Assembly (NCBI RefSeq): GCF_036321535.1
Contig: NC_087437.1
Location: 16,432,001 to 16,496,000 of the forward strand
Length of the DNA: 64,000 nucleotides
Origin: Camelus dromedarius
Lineage: Eukaryota
Direction: 5' to 3'
Shown: piece by piece, positions 62,873-64,000 of the stretch
How positions within the stretch are numbered: position 1 is the stretch's first letter
How the letters are laid out: the number at the start of each line of letters is the position of its first letter
Notes under the pieces: generated by a model
What the model saw: only the letters and a program-made list of their open reading frames with translations
Told to the model about the DNA's origin: nothing
The model's database searches: none
Program-made: the position numbers and the translations under genes

Positions 62873-63862
62873 TCTTTAGACAAAGGAAGCCATTGAAATA
62901 TTAAATGACAAGGTCTAAATTTTGTTGTCATATAATGATCTTCCTGGTTTAAGTGTTTGTGATTTTGACGTGAATAGGATAACTTTTCTGTAGTGGTTCC
63001 AAACATCAATGCAGGTGGAACGTGCCTGAGAAAGACTTGGCTAAGATCCTCCTCAAGATGCTTATCTTTGTAGACACAACCTAATTGGGATCAGAAGGGC
63101 TGGGGAGCTAGGAGGCAGAAGGATGGAGTTCTCTGTCTCTGTGAACTTCATTTTCACAGAGATCCAATCACTCATCAAGCATTCATTTGAGGCTTACAGA
63201 GTACCCAGTCCATGCCAGTCTCAGTGGGGGACAGGAGGACAGCAGATGCCAGCTTACAATTTCACAGACACATGTCTCTGAAACACACAGTTTTGAAAAG
63301 AGCAGAACACAGAGCTCTTTTAAGGCAATATTTAAGACAAGCATGAGGCAAGATGGTACAGATGCAAAGCATACATGTCACAGACCTTGTCTTGTTTAAC
63401 AAGGAAACTCACACAAAGTGCCTAAAACACACCTGGCACATAGGCAGCATTAAATAAATGTTGGTGCCTTGCCTTCCTGAGTTACTAATGCCACCACTCC
63501 CTTTTCAGGAGTGATAGTCTTTGGGATCCTGGAATAAATTTTTAAAAGGAAACAGCATGTCTAGCTTCTAGAATTGTAGGAGATTTTATTAATATAATGG
63601 TGTTCATCTGGTTGACATAGGAGACAGAGCAATGGATGTGCGTAGTTGAGCTCCAAAATAGATGTTCCAGACAAGGCTTCCATGGGAAATAGAAGTACCC
63701 TTTTCTCAGGACATTTGTCAGTCCTCTCTCAATTTAGACCCCTTTAAGCAGACCCTAGGAAATGCTCAGGATCATCACCACCACCTCCAACCCCAGAGAA
63801 CAGTGTTTTTTTCTGGGGAAGTCCTCGTTGTTTGAGAGCCTTGCAATATTCAGTACTAAAGG

Positions 63863-64000
63863 GTTTTTTTTTTTAAGTATATACATACATATATATTGTT
63901 ATTGAAGTATAGTCAGTTTTGCATCCACTTCTGGTGTACAGCATAATGTTTCAGTCATATATGAACATACATATATTCATTTTCATATTCTTTTTCATCA
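63863..64000 (-). mobile_element. Young L1 3' end, runs off the window
   Basis: T-tail then attgaagtatagtcagttt...ttctggtgtacagcataatgtttcagtcat...tattcattttcatattcttttt; same family as 12690-12875. Confidence 0.85.

Noticed and set aside
1..64000. CRISPR array, operon or other prokaryotic-type system; identity of the neighbouring gene
   Set aside because: The sequence is mammalian repeat-rich DNA with no regularly spaced repeats, and no exon is recognisable enough to name the locus.

Overview
This is mammalian non-coding DNA, most likely camelid (camel, alpaca or llama). The taxon call rests on a tRNA-derived SINE at ~9.5-9.7 kb resembling the camelid Vic-1 type and on young L1 3' ends of the style seen in camelids. 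No protein-coding gene, RNA gene or CRISPR array is supported. The long ORFs in the track are explained by L1, ERVL or Mutator remnants, simple repeats or chance. Roughly half of the window is interspersed repeat: HAL1/L1ME, younger L1s, L2, MIR, MaLR/ERVL/ERV1 LTRs, and hAT, Tigger and Mutator DNA elements. Repeat-poor blocks at ~26.5-29.2 kb, 31-33.3 kb and 38.7-39.3 kb look regulatory. The most notable structures are: (1) an ~865-bp Mutator-like (MULE) element with long TIRs, a 9-bp TSD and a transposase remnant, nested in a MER34-like LTR; (2) two L1s with 5' inversions (twin priming) and TSDs; (3) an apparent ~270-bp host-DNA inversion abutting an L1 fragment; (4) an unexplained ~170-bp diverged direct repeat with copies 2.3 kb apart; (5) a motif-dense candidate enhancer and tandem perfect TTACGTAA sites; (6) a 108-nt candidate exon. 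I found no clearly novel biological system. Family names come from recall of consensus sequences, not a database search, and boundaries are approximate unless TSDs are given.
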